Shown: positions 1-9,259 of the stretch, piece by piece
Numbering within the stretch: the stretch's first letter is position 1
Layout: each line of letters starts with the position of its first letter
NCBI GenBank assembly: GCA_017882505.1
Contig: JADGPJ010000004.1
Span: 2,582-66,581, forward strand
Reading direction: 5' to 3'
Source of the DNA: Solirubrobacterales bacterium
GTDB lineage: Bacteria > Actinomycetota > Thermoleophilia > Solirubrobacterales > 70-9
DNA length: 64,000 nucleotides
Position numbers and translations under genes: made by a program
The notes under the pieces: generated by a model
Database searches by the model: none
Told to the model about the DNA's origin: nothing
The model's input: only the letters and a program-made list of their open reading frames with translations

Positions 1-831
1 CTCGCGCTCGGCTTTCTTGCGCCAGTAGCGGTCGAGACCGGCCCACTGATAGGCGGAGGGGACGGCCTGGAGCAGCTCGGGGGCGATGTCGGGGTCGACC
101 GCGGCTTTCACGCGGCGCTGGAAATCGGCCTTGTAGGCGTCCTCGGGGAGCTCGCGCGCCAGCTCGGCCTCCTCGCGCAGGCGGGCGCGGAGGGTCGCCA
201 GGTGCCCGGCCGGCTCGTCGACCGGGCCGAAGTGGGTGAGGGCGAGCCGCTGCGGGCTCCAGCCTTCGAGGAGGTCGAGCGATTCTTCCCAGAGCTCGAG
301 GTCGATGTCCGGCGGCGGCGTGGGTGGGACGACGAGGTTGGTCCCCGGGATCCGGCAGCCGGCGACGTCGCCGACGAAGGCGGTGCCGCTGTCCTCGTGC
401 AGGTAGCTGACGTGGTGGGAGGCGTGGCCGGGGGTGTAGGCGACGCGCATCCCCAGAACGCTCTCGCCGCCGGCCAGGGCCGTCACGTTGGCCGCGGGGA
501 CCGGCAGGATCCTTCCCCAGAGGTACTCCAGCTGGTCGCCGTAGAGGCGACCGGCGCTGGCCAGCAGCCTCGAGGGGTCGATCAGGTGCGGGGCGCCGCG
601 CTCGTGCACGTATACCTCGAGGTCGGGCCAGCGCTGGACCATCGCCCCGGTCGCGGCGGCGTGGTCGAGGTGGATGTGGGTCAGCAGCAGCGCCCGCGGC
701 TTCTCTTCGCCGATCGCGGCAAGCAGGGTCGGCAGCGAGGACTCGGGCCCGGGGTCGACGAGGACGTCGTCGACTTCCCAGCAGGCGATTACGTGGGGAC
801 GGCCCAGGTGCTCGACGTCGATGGCTCGCAT
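1..831 (-). CDS. MBL-fold metallo-hydrolase (C-terminus runs off the window start)
   Basis: Manual minus-strand translation from ATG at 829-831: MRAIDVEHLGRPHVIACWEVDDVLVDPGP...LLLTHIHLDHAAATG (HxHxDH zinc motif)...YTPGHASHH. The frame stays open to position 1. It is absent from the ORF track because there is no stop in the window. Confidence 0.8.
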   Translation of the reverse strand, partial: MRAIDVEHLGRPHVIACWEVDDVLVDPGPESSLPTLLAAIGEEKPRALLLTHIHLDHAAATGAMVQRWPDLEVYVHERGAPHLIDPSRLLASAGRLYGDQLEYLWGRILPVPAANVTALAGGESVLGMRVAYTPGHASHHVSYLHEDSGTAFVGDVAGCRIPGTNLVVPPTPPPDIDLELWEESLDLLEGWSPQRLALTHFGPVDEPAGHLATLRARLREEAELARELPEDAYKADFQRRVKAAVDPDIAPELLQAVPSAYQWAGLDRYWRKKAERE

Positions 832-841
832 CGGCGGCAGC

Positions 842-1837
842 TTAGGCGGCTGCGGCGGCGGGCACTTTGCCTTCGGCCTCGAGCATCTGGCGAAGGCCCA
901 ACTCGAGGGCGCGTGGCTCGTAGCCGAGCTCTTTGCTCGCCTTCTCGTAGCTGGCCCAGAAGGTGACGCCGTCGGCGGAGGAGATCAGCTCGCGCAGGTT
1001 TGGCGGCTGTCCCATCATCTTCCCGACCAGCGGCCCGATCGGGATCAGCGCCTTCATCAGCCCGACCGGCATCGCCCGCTTCGGGGCCTTCTTGCCGGTG
1101 ATCTCGGCGACGATCTCGATCGCCTCGCGGACGGTCGTCGCCGGACCGCTGATCACGTAGGCCTCGCCGGGCTTCCCCCTGTCGAGGCCGAGCAGGATCC
1201 CGGTTGCGATGTCTTCCACGTGCGAGAGGCAGATCCCCAGCTCGGGGAACGGGAGCAGCGGCATCTTTCCGGCCAGGAACTGGTTCAAGAGCTCGGCGAT
1301 CGAAGAGGTGTCACCCGGGCCGTAGACGCCGCCCGGCTGAACGATCGTGCAGGGCAGGCCTTCGCCGATCAGGCGCTTGGCGACCTGGTGGGCTTCCCAC
1401 TTGGTCTGCTCGTAGCAGGAGGTGAAGTCCTTGCCGGGGTGCTCGTAGGCCTCGTCGACGATCTTGCCGTGGGTGTTGCCGAAGATGCCGACGGTCGAGA
1501 CGTAGACGACCTTGGGGATCTTCGCCGTCAGGGCGGCGCCGAGCACCCTTTCGGTGCCGCCGACGTTGGCGTGGCGCATCGCCTCGCGCTCGGAGGCCGG
1601 GATGCCGACCTTGTAGATCGCCGCGGCGTGGATCACCGCGTCGCAGCCGGCCATGCCGTCGCGGATCGCGCGTTCGTCGGAGAGGTCGCCGGAGACCAGC
1701 TCGCAGCCCAGCTCGGCGACCTTCTTGCCCTTCTCGGGGTTGCGAACCAGGCAGACGACGTCGTCGCCGCGCTGGCGCAGCTGGCGCACGACCTCGCCGC
1801 CGATGAACCCCGTACCTCCGGTGACGAAGACCTTCAC
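842..1837 (-). CDS. NAD-dependent epimerase/dehydratase family protein (extended SDR)
   Basis: 331-aa ORF. N-terminal Rossmann motif MKVFVTGGTGFIGGEVV and a YxxxK-type core (SCYEQTKWEA). Confidence 0.85.
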   Translation of the reverse strand: MKVFVTGGTGFIGGEVVRQLRQRGDDVVCLVRNPEKGKKVAELGCELVSGDLSDERAIRDGMAGCDAVIHAAAIYKVGIPASEREAMRHANVGGTERVLGAALTAKIPKVVYVSTVGIFGNTHGKIVDEAYEHPGKDFTSCYEQTKWEAHQVAKRLIGEGLPCTIVQPGGVYGPGDTSSIAELLNQFLAGKMPLLPFPELGICLSHVEDIATGILLGLDRGKPGEAYVISGPATTVREAIEIVAEITGKKAPKRAMPVGLMKALIPIGPLVGKMMGQPPNLRELISSADGVTFWASYEKASKELGYEPRALELGLRQMLEAEGKVPAAAAA

Positions 1838-1986
1838 AACACCAACCCTATATTCAGCCTCGGGGCTGGCACGTACAATTAACTTGAGTGCAACGTTCGA
1901 GAAATGGCCGCAAGACGGAGACGCGCTACAGCGCTGAAGGCGGCGATGGCGCCGGGGTCACCAACCCACGAGCCCGTCAGCGGGCG

Positions 1987-3222
1987 ATGGCGATCGGGAT
2001 TCTCGACGGCCGCGAGCACGGCGAGCCGCTGGCCGAGCTGAAGGAGCTGCTGCGGACCGCCGGGGTCGCCACCGCCGGCGAGGGGACCCAGCAGCGCCCG
2101 AAACCCGACCCCGACCGTTACTTCGGCCGCGGCCGGCTGGACGAACTGAAAGAGGAGATCGCGGCCTGCGACGCGAACCTCGTCGCCTGCGACGACGAGC
2201 TGGCGCCGCGCCAGGAGCGCAACCTCGAGGCGGCGCTCGGGGTGCCGGTGATCGACCGCACCGCCGTGATCCTCGACATCTTCGCCGACCACGCCCACTC
2301 CGCCGAGGGCAAGCTCCAGGTCGAGCTCGCCCAGCTCGAATACAACATGGCGCGCATGCGCGGCCTCTGGACCCACCTCGAGCGCCTCGGCGCCGGCAGG
2401 ATGGACGGCGGCATCGGCACCAGGGGACCGGGGGAGACCCAGATCGAGACCGACCGCCGGCTCGCCCGCGACCGCATCTCCGCCCTGCGCAGGCGCCTGA
2501 AGCGGCTGGAGCAGAACCGCGGAGTGATGCGCGCCAGCCGCGACAGCTCCTCGCTGCCGCGGGTCGCCCTCGCCGGCTACACCAACGCCGGCAAGTCGAC
2601 CCTGCTTAACGCCCTCACCGGGGCTGAGGTCGGGGTCGGGAACCAGCTCTTCCACACCCTCGACCCGACCACCCGCAGCCTCGAGCTCTCCGGTCGCGAC
2701 TACCTGCTGACCGACACCGTCGGCTTCATCGAGAAGCTTCCCCACCAACTGGTCGAGGCGTTCAAGGCGACCCTCGAGGAGACCGTGCTCGCCGACCTGA
2801 TCCTGCACGTCGTCGACGCCTCCGAGCCGGAGGAGCGGCGCCTGATCGCGATGAAGGCGGTCGACGAGGTGCTCGAGGAGATCGGCGCCGGCAAGAAACC
2901 TAGGCTGCTGGTCCTGAACAAGGCCGACCTGCTCGACGAGGAGGAGCGCCGCGAGGTGGCCCTGAGCCACCCCGACGCCGTCCTCGTCTCGGCCCTCGGC
3001 GGCGAAGGCCTCGACGAGCTCCGGGAGCGGGTCGAGGCGGCCTTCGAGGAGACCCTGACCGAGGTCGAGCTGCTGATCCCCTACTCGCAGGGCGGGCGCC
3101 TGCACGAGCTGCACGAGGTCGCCGGGGACCTGGAGCGGACCGACCGCGAGGACGGCGTACTCGTCCACGCCCGGGTCCCGGCGGCGGAGCTGCACCGCTT
3201 CGACGATCTCGCCGTCGTCTAG
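1987..3222 (+). CDS. hflX: GTPase HflX
   Basis: HflX N-domain motifs are present (DRTAVILDIFADHAHSAEGKLQVELAQLEY, GPGETQIETDRR), and so is a G-domain (GYTNAGKST, DTVGF, NKADL). I chose the start at ATG 1987. The track start GTG 1888 lies 8 nt after a TACAAT box and could be a leaderless alternative, but GC3 is lower in that extension. Confidence 0.88.
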   Translation: MAIGILDGREHGEPLAELKELLRTAGVATAGEGTQQRPKPDPDRYFGRGRLDELKEEIAACDANLVACDDELAPRQERNLEAALGVPVIDRTAVILDIFADHAHSAEGKLQVELAQLEYNMARMRGLWTHLERLGAGRMDGGIGTRGPGETQIETDRRLARDRISALRRRLKRLEQNRGVMRASRDSSSLPRVALAGYTNAGKSTLLNALTGAEVGVGNQLFHTLDPTTRSLELSGRDYLLTDTVGFIEKLPHQLVEAFKATLEETVLADLILHVVDASEPEERRLIAMKAVDEVLEEIGAGKKPRLLVLNKADLLDEEERREVALSHPDAVLVSALGGEGLDELRERVEAAFEETLTEVELLIPYSQGGRLHELHEVAGDLERTDREDGVLVHARVPAAELHRFDDLAVV

Positions 3223-3231
3223 GCTGGCGCC

Positions 3232-3663
3232 GTGGAACTAGCGGTCGCAAAGCTGAAGGACGACGCCGTGCTGCCGACCCGGGCGCACGAGGGCGACGCG
3301 GGGCTGGATCTCTACGCCTGCGAGTCGGCCCACATCGGGCCGGGGGAGCGCTGGGGCGTGGGAACCGGGATCGCGGTCGAGATCCCCGACGGGCACGCCG
3401 GCCTGGTGCTGCCGCGCTCGGGGCTTGCCCGCGAGCACGGCATCTCCCTGGTCAACAGCCCCGGCCTGATCGACTCCGGCTACCGCGGCGAAGTGCGGGT
3501 CCTGCTGCTCAACACGGATCCCGCGGAGACCTTCCGGGTCGAGCCCGGCGATCGCATCGCCCAGCTGGTGCTGACCCCTATCGCGCACGCCGAGCCGGTC
3601 GAGGCGACGGCGCTGGCCGACTCGGTCCGCGGCGAGGGCGGCTTCGGCTCCAGCGGCCGCTGA
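3232..3663 (+). CDS. dut: dUTP diphosphatase
   Basis: 143 aa. dUTPase motifs AGLDL, PRSG, GLIDSGYRGE and RIAQLV, with a C-terminal GGFGSSG. Confidence 0.92.
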   Translation: MELAVAKLKDDAVLPTRAHEGDAGLDLYACESAHIGPGERWGVGTGIAVEIPDGHAGLVLPRSGLAREHGISLVNSPGLIDSGYRGEVRVLLLNTDPAETFRVEPGDRIAQLVLTPIAHAEPVEATALADSVRGEGGFGSSGR

Positions 3664-3724
3664 GAGCGCCGCCGCCGCGCTGTTCCTTAGCCGGAAATAG
3701 CGAGGCCAAGAAACAGCGGAAGGC

Positions 3725-4459
3725 TCAGACGCCGGCGGCGGCGCGGGCGCTCTCGTGCGCGGCGTTCTCGAAGGCGTCGTCGAGAGGCTCGAGCTGCGGC
3801 CGGGCGCCGTAGCGGCGCTCCAGCGCCAGCGTGATCAGGTGGTCGGCGAGCCAGGCGTTCTTCGGCAGCAGCGGCCCGTGCAGGTAGGTGCCGATCAGGT
3901 TGTCGCGGTGGACTCCCTCGTAGCCGTCGCGGCCGTTGTTGCCCCGACCCTCGACGACGCGCCCGAGCGGCCGCGCGCCGCTGCCGAGGTAGGTGCGGCC
4001 ACCATGGTTCTCGAAGCCGGCGAGCAGTCGCGGCCCGGAGCCGAGCTCGGCCTCGATCGCGATATTGCCGATCAGCCGGGGCCCGGGCTCACGCACGGTC
4101 TCGAGGTCGGCGAGGCCGAGGCCCGGCAGCTTCTCATCGTCGAGCTGGTAGCTGTGGCCGAGCAGCTGGTAGCCGCCGCAGACGGCGAGCAGCGCGGCGC
4201 CGTCGTCGACCGCGGCGGCGAGCGCCTCGCGCTTGCTCGTGACCATGTCGGCGGCGACCATGCGCTGGTCGCGATCCTGGCCGCCGCCGATGTAGAAGAG
4301 GTCGTGGGCGGCGGGGTCGACCGGATCGCCCGGTCCCGCCCCGGAGTGCGAGAAGCCGATCCCGCGCCACTCGCAGCGGCGCTGGAGGAAGACGATGTTG
4401 CCGCGGTCCGCGTAGATGTTCATCTGCTCGGGGTAGAGGCTCAGCACGCGCAGCTCCAT
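3725..4459 (-). CDS. gatD: Lipid II isoglutaminyl synthase, glutaminase subunit GatD
   Basis: 244 aa. Collinear similarity to staphylococcal and mycobacterial GatD: IGGGQDRDQ, CGGYQLLG (catalytic Cys), GFENHGGRT, GTYLHGPLLPKN. Confidence 0.85.
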   Translation of the reverse strand: MELRVLSLYPEQMNIYADRGNIVFLQRRCEWRGIGFSHSGAGPGDPVDPAAHDLFYIGGGQDRDQRMVAADMVTSKREALAAAVDDGAALLAVCGGYQLLGHSYQLDDEKLPGLGLADLETVREPGPRLIGNIAIEAELGSGPRLLAGFENHGGRTYLGSGARPLGRVVEGRGNNGRDGYEGVHRDNLIGTYLHGPLLPKNAWLADHLITLALERRYGARPQLEPLDDAFENAAHESARAAAGV

Positions 4460-5175
4460 CAGCCCTCCTTGCCGAGGACGACGACGATGGAGCCGACGTG
4501 GATGTCGGTGGGGGGGATTTCGTGGCGCGCCACCGCGACCATGCTCGCCTCCGCCGCCTCCGCCTCCAACCGCGAGGCCGGGAAGGTGGTGATGCGGACC
4601 TCGTTGTCCTCCTCGCTCAGCTCACCGGCGGGGGAGACCGTCTGGCGCAGGCGGTGGATGACGATTTCCCCGGGTCCGACGGCGACCTCGACGGCGAGGC
4701 TCGAGTAGACCCAGCCGTCGACCTCACGGACGTCGGGGAGCGGCGGCGGCGAGTCGTCGGGCTCGGGCATCCGCTCGAGTATCGCCGCCGCGAAGCGGCC
4801 GCCCGGTCGCAGCCGCGCGGAGACACGGCGCAGGCAGGCGACCCGGTCGGCGGAATCGGGGAGGAGCTGCAGGACCTGCATCGGCGCCAGTGCCAGCGAG
4901 AAGTCCTCCTCGAGGTCGAAGTCACGGGCGTCGGCGACGATCCCCTCCAACGGTAGGCCCCGGCCGCGCTCGAGCAGGGAGGCGATCAGCTCGGGCTCCA
5001 AATCGACGCCGACGACCTGGTGGCCGCGGCGGGCGAGGTGGAGGGCGACCCGGCCGGTGCCACAGCCGAGATCGAGCACGGGTCCGTCGCCCTCGATCGC
5101 CATCTCCTCCCAGAGCGCCAGGTCGGCGGAGTAGGCGCCGCACTCGACGTCGTGCCAGATCGAGGCGGCGCTCAA
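4459..5175 (-). CDS. Class I SAM-dependent methyltransferase
   Basis: SAM motif I VLDLGCGTGRVALHLA, followed by VVGVDLEPE. I took the start as TTG at 5173-5175 (LSAASIWHDVECG). The longer track ORF (to 5613) overlaps murT out of frame and is Arg/Pro-rich. The stop overlaps the gatD ATG by 1 nt (TGATG). Confidence 0.7.
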   Translation of the reverse strand: MSAASIWHDVECGAYSADLALWEEMAIEGDGPVLDLGCGTGRVALHLARRGHQVVGVDLEPELIASLLERGRGLPLEGIVADARDFDLEEDFSLALAPMQVLQLLPDSADRVACLRRVSARLRPGGRFAAAILERMPEPDDSPPPLPDVREVDGWVYSSLAVEVAVGPGEIVIHRLRQTVSPAGELSEEDNEVRITTFPASRLEAEAAEASMVAVARHEIPPTDIHVGSIVVVLGKEG

Positions 5176-5239
5176 AGCAAATCCTCGCGCTTCGCTCCCG
5201 GCGCAGAGAACCAGATTGCGATGCTTGGTCGCTCCGCGC

Positions 5240-6646
5240 TCATTGCCAGAACTCCTTCGCCAGGCCGCGCCCGGCGAGCAGCTTGCGCAGTTCGAGCAGC
5301 GCCGTGTAGGTGGGCAGCGCGAACAGGCGCCTCTCGGCGCCGGCCGCGGCGCGGTCGAGCGAGGCCTCGATCCCGGGCACCACCTCGATCCGGTCGGTCG
5401 GCCAGCCCGCGTACTTGAGACGCAGCGCCATCTCCGGAGCCCGGGTGCCGGCGCAGACGACGCGGCGGACGACCCCGGCGAGGAGCTCGAAGTCGGCGTC
5501 CCAGACCCAGGAGACGTCGCGACCGTCGGCGATCCGGTCGTTGAGGGCGACCCAGAGGTCGATCGGCTCCTTCTCGGCCTCCAGGCGCAGCGTGCGCAGG
5601 ACCTCGTTGGCACCGGCCGGGTTCTTGATCAGCAGGATCGAAACCGCGACGCCGCCGACCTCGATCGTCTCGACCCGCCCGAAGGCCGCCCGCATCTGGC
5701 CCAGGGCGGCGGCGATCCGCTCCGGCGCGACGCCGAGTCGCAGGCTTGCGGTCACCGCGGCGAGCGCGTTGTAGACGTTGTAGAGGCCGGGCAGCGGCAG
5801 CGCCAGCTCGATCTCGCCGGCGGGAGTGCGGATCGTCGAGAGCGAGCCGTCCATGCCGCGCAGCTCGATCTTCGTCGCCGCCACGTCGGGCCGCGGTCGC
5901 TCGGCGCCGCAATGCGGGCAGGAGTAGTGGCCGAGATGGCCGACGAAGGCTCGCTCGTAGGCATAGGGATGGCCGCAGCGGCGGCAGTGCTTGGCGTCGA
6001 AGGCGTGCTGCAACTCGGGCAGCGCCTGCGAGTCGTCGTCGATCCCGAAGTAGAGGACGCCCTCGCGGGGGTGCTCGTCGGCGTCGCGGCCGAGGTCGGC
6101 GATCAGCGGGTCGTCGGCGTTGAGCGCGAAGGCGGTGCGGCCGCTGCGCGCGGTGACCGTCTTCGCCCAATCGTCGGCCAGCGCCTCCATCTCGCCGTAG
6201 CGGTCGAGCTGGTCGCGGAAGAGGTTGCCGAGCACGATCAGCGAGGGCTCGAGCTGTTCGGTGACCCGCGGCAGCCAGGCCTCGTCGACCTCGAAGAGGC
6301 CCTCGTGGCCGTGCTGCTCGAGCAGCGCCGTCGCCACGCCCCAGGTCATGTTCGAGCCGGCGCGGTTGTGGACCGGCTGGCGCCCCTCGGCGGCGAGCAC
6401 GGCGGCGATCATCCCCGCCGTCGTCGTCTTGCCGTTGGTGGCGCTGACGATCGTCGTGCCGCGGTCGAGCCCGGCGCCGAGCTGGGCGATCGCGTCGGGG
6501 GCCAGCCGCAGCAGCACCCGGCCGGGCAGCGTCGTGCCGCCGCCGCGCCCGCTCGCCCGGCTGGCGGCGCCGATCGCTCGCGAGGCGGCAAGCTTGGCGC
6601 GCAGCAGCGCCCCGCCTCGCCTGCGTCGGCCCGCCACCGTGCTCAA
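5240..6646 (-). CDS. murT: Lipid II isoglutaminyl synthase, ligase subunit MurT (Mur ligase family)
   Basis: 468 aa. P-loop ATNGKTTTAGM and the MurT-specific Cys4 ribbon CRRCGHPYAY...YSCPHCG. The C-terminal region matches the DUF1727-like MurT tail. Confidence 0.85.
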   Translation of the reverse strand: MSTVAGRRRRGGALLRAKLAASRAIGAASRASGRGGGTTLPGRVLLRLAPDAIAQLGAGLDRGTTIVSATNGKTTTAGMIAAVLAAEGRQPVHNRAGSNMTWGVATALLEQHGHEGLFEVDEAWLPRVTEQLEPSLIVLGNLFRDQLDRYGEMEALADDWAKTVTARSGRTAFALNADDPLIADLGRDADEHPREGVLYFGIDDDSQALPELQHAFDAKHCRRCGHPYAYERAFVGHLGHYSCPHCGAERPRPDVAATKIELRGMDGSLSTIRTPAGEIELALPLPGLYNVYNALAAVTASLRLGVAPERIAAALGQMRAAFGRVETIEVGGVAVSILLIKNPAGANEVLRTLRLEAEKEPIDLWVALNDRIADGRDVSWVWDADFELLAGVVRRVVCAGTRAPEMALRLKYAGWPTDRIEVVPGIEASLDRAAAGAERRLFALPTYTALLELRKLLAGRGLAKEFWQ

Positions 6647-7539
6647 GCGTCGCCCTGCGCCGGGACCAGCACGCTGAGGGCGCGGGGGAGCATCCGCAGC
6701 GAGGCGGGCACGTCGGTCAGGTGCTCGCCGTCGGCGTAGACGGGGAAGGGGCGGCTCGCCGTCAGTTCGAGCCGTGAGGCGCGGAAGACGTGCACGTCGT
6801 CCTCCTCGATGTGGGCGCCCTTGAACACCTTTGGCAGGTTACGGACGAAGCGCAGCTTGCCGACCTCGCCGACGGTGACGACGTCGAACTCTCCGTCGTC
6901 GAGCGAGGCATTCGGGGCGATCCGCATACCGCCGCCGAAGGTGCTGCTGTTGGCGACGGAGACCGAGTAGCCGCTGATCCGGGTCCGTTCTTCGCCGACC
7001 CGGATCGTGAACCGCGCCGGCTTCCAGCCGAGCAGGGTGCGCAGGGCGGCGTAGGCGTAGACGAGGTTGCCGTGGAGGAAGTGGGTCTCGTTGGCGCGCC
7101 GGTTGGCTTCGGAGTCGAAGCCGACGCTGACGATGCCGAGAAAGCGCTTGTCGTTGGCCTCGCCGACGTCGATGCGGCGGCTGTGGCCGGCGAGGACCAC
7201 CTCGGTCGCGGCCTCGGGGTCGTCGGGGATGCCGAGCACCCGCGCGAGGTCGTTGCCGCGCCCGCCCGGGATGATTCCCAGCGGCGTCTCGGATCCGGCC
7301 ATGGCGCCGCCGACGGCGCCGAGGAGCCCGTCGCCGCTCATCACCACCGGCACCTCGCCGGCTTCGATCGCGCGCAGCGCCTGCTCGACCCCGTGCTCGA
7401 GCCCCTTGGTGCGCTGGACGCGGAACTCGACTCGGCGGGAGTCGAGCACCTGCTCGACCTTGGGCAGCAGCTTCAACGTCTTCCCGCCCGCCGAAGACGG
7501 ATTCACGAGCAGGGCCAGTGGCATCCCATCGATATCCAT
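6643..7539 (-). CDS. Diacylglycerol kinase family lipid kinase (YegS/DagK-like)
   Basis: 298 aa. LLVNPSSAGGK, VVMSGDGLLGAV and IIPGGRGNDLARVLGIP are typical of the DAGK catalytic domain. It overlaps the murT start by 4 nt. Confidence 0.85.
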   Translation of the reverse strand: MDIDGMPLALLVNPSSAGGKTLKLLPKVEQVLDSRRVEFRVQRTKGLEHGVEQALRAIEAGEVPVVMSGDGLLGAVGGAMAGSETPLGIIPGGRGNDLARVLGIPDDPEAATEVVLAGHSRRIDVGEANDKRFLGIVSVGFDSEANRRANETHFLHGNLVYAYAALRTLLGWKPARFTIRVGEERTRISGYSVSVANSSTFGGGMRIAPNASLDDGEFDVVTVGEVGKLRFVRNLPKVFKGAHIEEDDVHVFRASRLELTASRPFPVYADGEHLTDVPASLRMLPRALSVLVPAQGDA

Positions 7540-7551
7540 GCGATTTGCAGC

Positions 7552-8058
7552 CTAGATGTTGGCGGTCGCCGGATCGGCGCCACGGCGCCGCCCGACAGAG
7601 AAGCTGCCGTCTCCGGCTGTCGCCGAGTCCAGCGGCTCGATCCGGTGGCGCTCGAGCCGCCACCACAGGAGCCGCCCAGCGGGACCGGGGGAGGGGTTGG
7701 GGCCGACCGTTCGGACCAGGATCAGGTGGCCCCCGGGACGCAGCACCCGAGCGGTCTCGGCCGCCGCCGGTGCGGCGTCGACGAGAACGACGAGATCGAA
7801 GTTGGCATCCGGGAACGGGAGGGACTTCGGGGCGCCGACCTTGAACGCGACGCGGCCCTCGGGGTCGAGGCCTACCCGCGACCTGGCCCGCCTGATCGCC
7901 TGCTCGGAGCGGTCGACCCCGCGCACCCGCGCCCGCGGGAACTCCCGCGAGAGGAAGAGGGTGGCATCGCCGTCGTCGCACTCGACCTCGAGAATCCGCT
8001 CCGGCACGCCGACCTGGAGGACGGCTGCGGCGAGCGGGGTCAGCGGCGGCAGCGACAC
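7552..8058 (-). CDS. SAM-dependent methyltransferase (small, class I)
   Basis: 168 aa with a GTG start. ILEVECDDGDATLFL (motif I-like) and LRPGGHLIL (motif III-like). It is the first gene of the 8058->3725 minus-strand gene string. Confidence 0.65.
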   Translation of the reverse strand: MSLPPLTPLAAAVLQVGVPERILEVECDDGDATLFLSREFPRARVRGVDRSEQAIRRARSRVGLDPEGRVAFKVGAPKSLPFPDANFDLVVLVDAAPAAAETARVLRPGGHLILVRTVGPNPSPGPAGRLLWWRLERHRIEPLDSATAGDGSFSVGRRRGADPATANI

Positions 8059-8095
8059 TGAACCGATCGTAATAGTGCTCTAGGCTTCGCCGCCG

Positions 8096-8785
8096 ATGGG
8101 GGAGCAGAAAGACCAGCGCTGGATCATCCTCGTCGTCTTCGGCGTGATCGCCGTCGGCGTCGTCGCCGCCGTCCTGATCTCCCGCAGCGGCGGAAGCAGC
8201 AGCAGCGATACCTCGGCGACGACCGCGGCCGGCGCCAACGGCTGCAAGAAGGTTGAAGCCCCGGAACCGAAGGAAGTCAGCCTGAAGGCGCCGAAGCAGA
8301 GCGTGAAGCCCGGGGAAGAACTGACGGCGGTGGTCCAGACCAGCTGCGGGACCTTCGACATCGCGCTCGACACCAAGCGGGCGCCGAAGACGACCAATTC
8401 CTTCGCCTATCTCGCCGAAGAAGGCTTCTACGACGATCTCACCTTCCACCGCATCGTGCCCGAATTCGTGATCCAGGGTGGCGACCCGCTCGGCGATGGC
8501 ACCGGGGGGCCCGGCTACAAAGTCGTCGAGAAGCCGCCGGCGAACCTGGCCTACACCAAAGGCGTCGTCGCGATGGCGAAGAGCTCGGCGGAGCCGCCCG
8601 GCACCTCGGGCAGCCAGTTCTACGTCGTCACCGGCGCCGACGCCGGCCTGCCGCCCGAATATGCCCTGGTCGGCAAGGTCAGCAAGGGGCTGTCGGTGGT
8701 CGAACGTATCGGCGAACTCGGTACCCCGTCGGAAGAACCGAAGCAGACGGTCCTGATCGAAAAGATCACGATCGAACACGGCTAG
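8096..8785 (+). CDS. Membrane-anchored cyclophilin-type peptidyl-prolyl isomerase
   Basis: 229 aa. N-terminal TM helix WIILVVFGVIAVGVVAAVLI, then cyclophilin motifs FHRIVPEFVIQGGDP, GGPGY, GVVAMA and SQFYV. Confidence 0.9.
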   Translation: MGEQKDQRWIILVVFGVIAVGVVAAVLISRSGGSSSSDTSATTAAGANGCKKVEAPEPKEVSLKAPKQSVKPGEELTAVVQTSCGTFDIALDTKRAPKTTNSFAYLAEEGFYDDLTFHRIVPEFVIQGGDPLGDGTGGPGYKVVEKPPANLAYTKGVVAMAKSSAEPPGTSGSQFYVVTGADAGLPPEYALVGKVSKGLSVVERIGELGTPSEEPKQTVLIEKITIEHG

Positions 8786-8806
8786 CGCTGCGGCTAAGCT
8801 CAGTTC

Positions 8807-9259
8807 GTGGCCAAGCTCAAGGTAGGTGACCAGGCGCCGGAGTTCGAGCTGCCCGGCACCGGCGACAGGACCTACCGGCTCTGCGACTATCGCGGCCGCA
8901 AGGTGATCCTCGCCTTCTACCCCGGAGATTTCACCGCCGTCTGCACCAAGCAGTTCTGCTCCTACCGTGACCAGAGCGACAAGCTCGACGGCCTCGGCGC
9001 CGACGTGCTCGGCATCTCGCCGCAGTCGGTCGACTCGCACGAGCGCTTCGTCGGGGAGAAGCGCCTCAACGTGCCGCTGCTGGCCGACGAGGACAAGGAA
9101 GTCGCGCGGGCATACGGGGTCCTGGCCGGCCCGATCGTGCGGCGGGCGATCTTCGTGATCGACGAGCAGGGTGTGATCCGACACCGCAAGGTGACCCTCG
9201 CCAGTCTCACCTACGAGTCCGTCGACGACCTCGAGAACGCCGTAGCCGCACCCGGTTGA
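8807..9259 (+). CDS. bcp: Peroxiredoxin (Bcp/PrxQ type)
   Basis: 150 aa. [19 protein letters not shown] carries the peroxidatic and resolving Cys pair in PxxxTxxC context. [12 protein letters not shown] follows. Confidence 0.88.
   Translation: MAKLKVGDQAPEFELPGTGDRTYRLCDYRGRKVILAFYPGDFTAVCTKQFCSYRDQSDKLDGLGADVLGISPQSVDSHERFVGEKRLNVPLLADEDKEVARAYGVLAGPIVRRAIFVIDEQGVIRHRKVTLASLTYESVDDLENAVAAPG

Noticed and set aside
1888-1986. Leaderless GTG start for hflX, 8 nt downstream of a TACAAT box.
   Set aside because: It is not excluded. However, GC3 in the 33-codon extension is clearly lower than in the gene body, and homology to HflX begins near Met at 1987. The shorter model is therefore reported.
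6839-9184. 781-aa minus-strand ORF, the longest in this part of the track.
   Set aside because: It is extremely Arg/Pro/Gly/Ala-rich with no motifs. It runs antisense to or overlaps four well-supported genes (DAG kinase, methyltransferase, cyclophilin, Bcp). This is a typical stop-codon-poor shadow frame of a high-GC genome.
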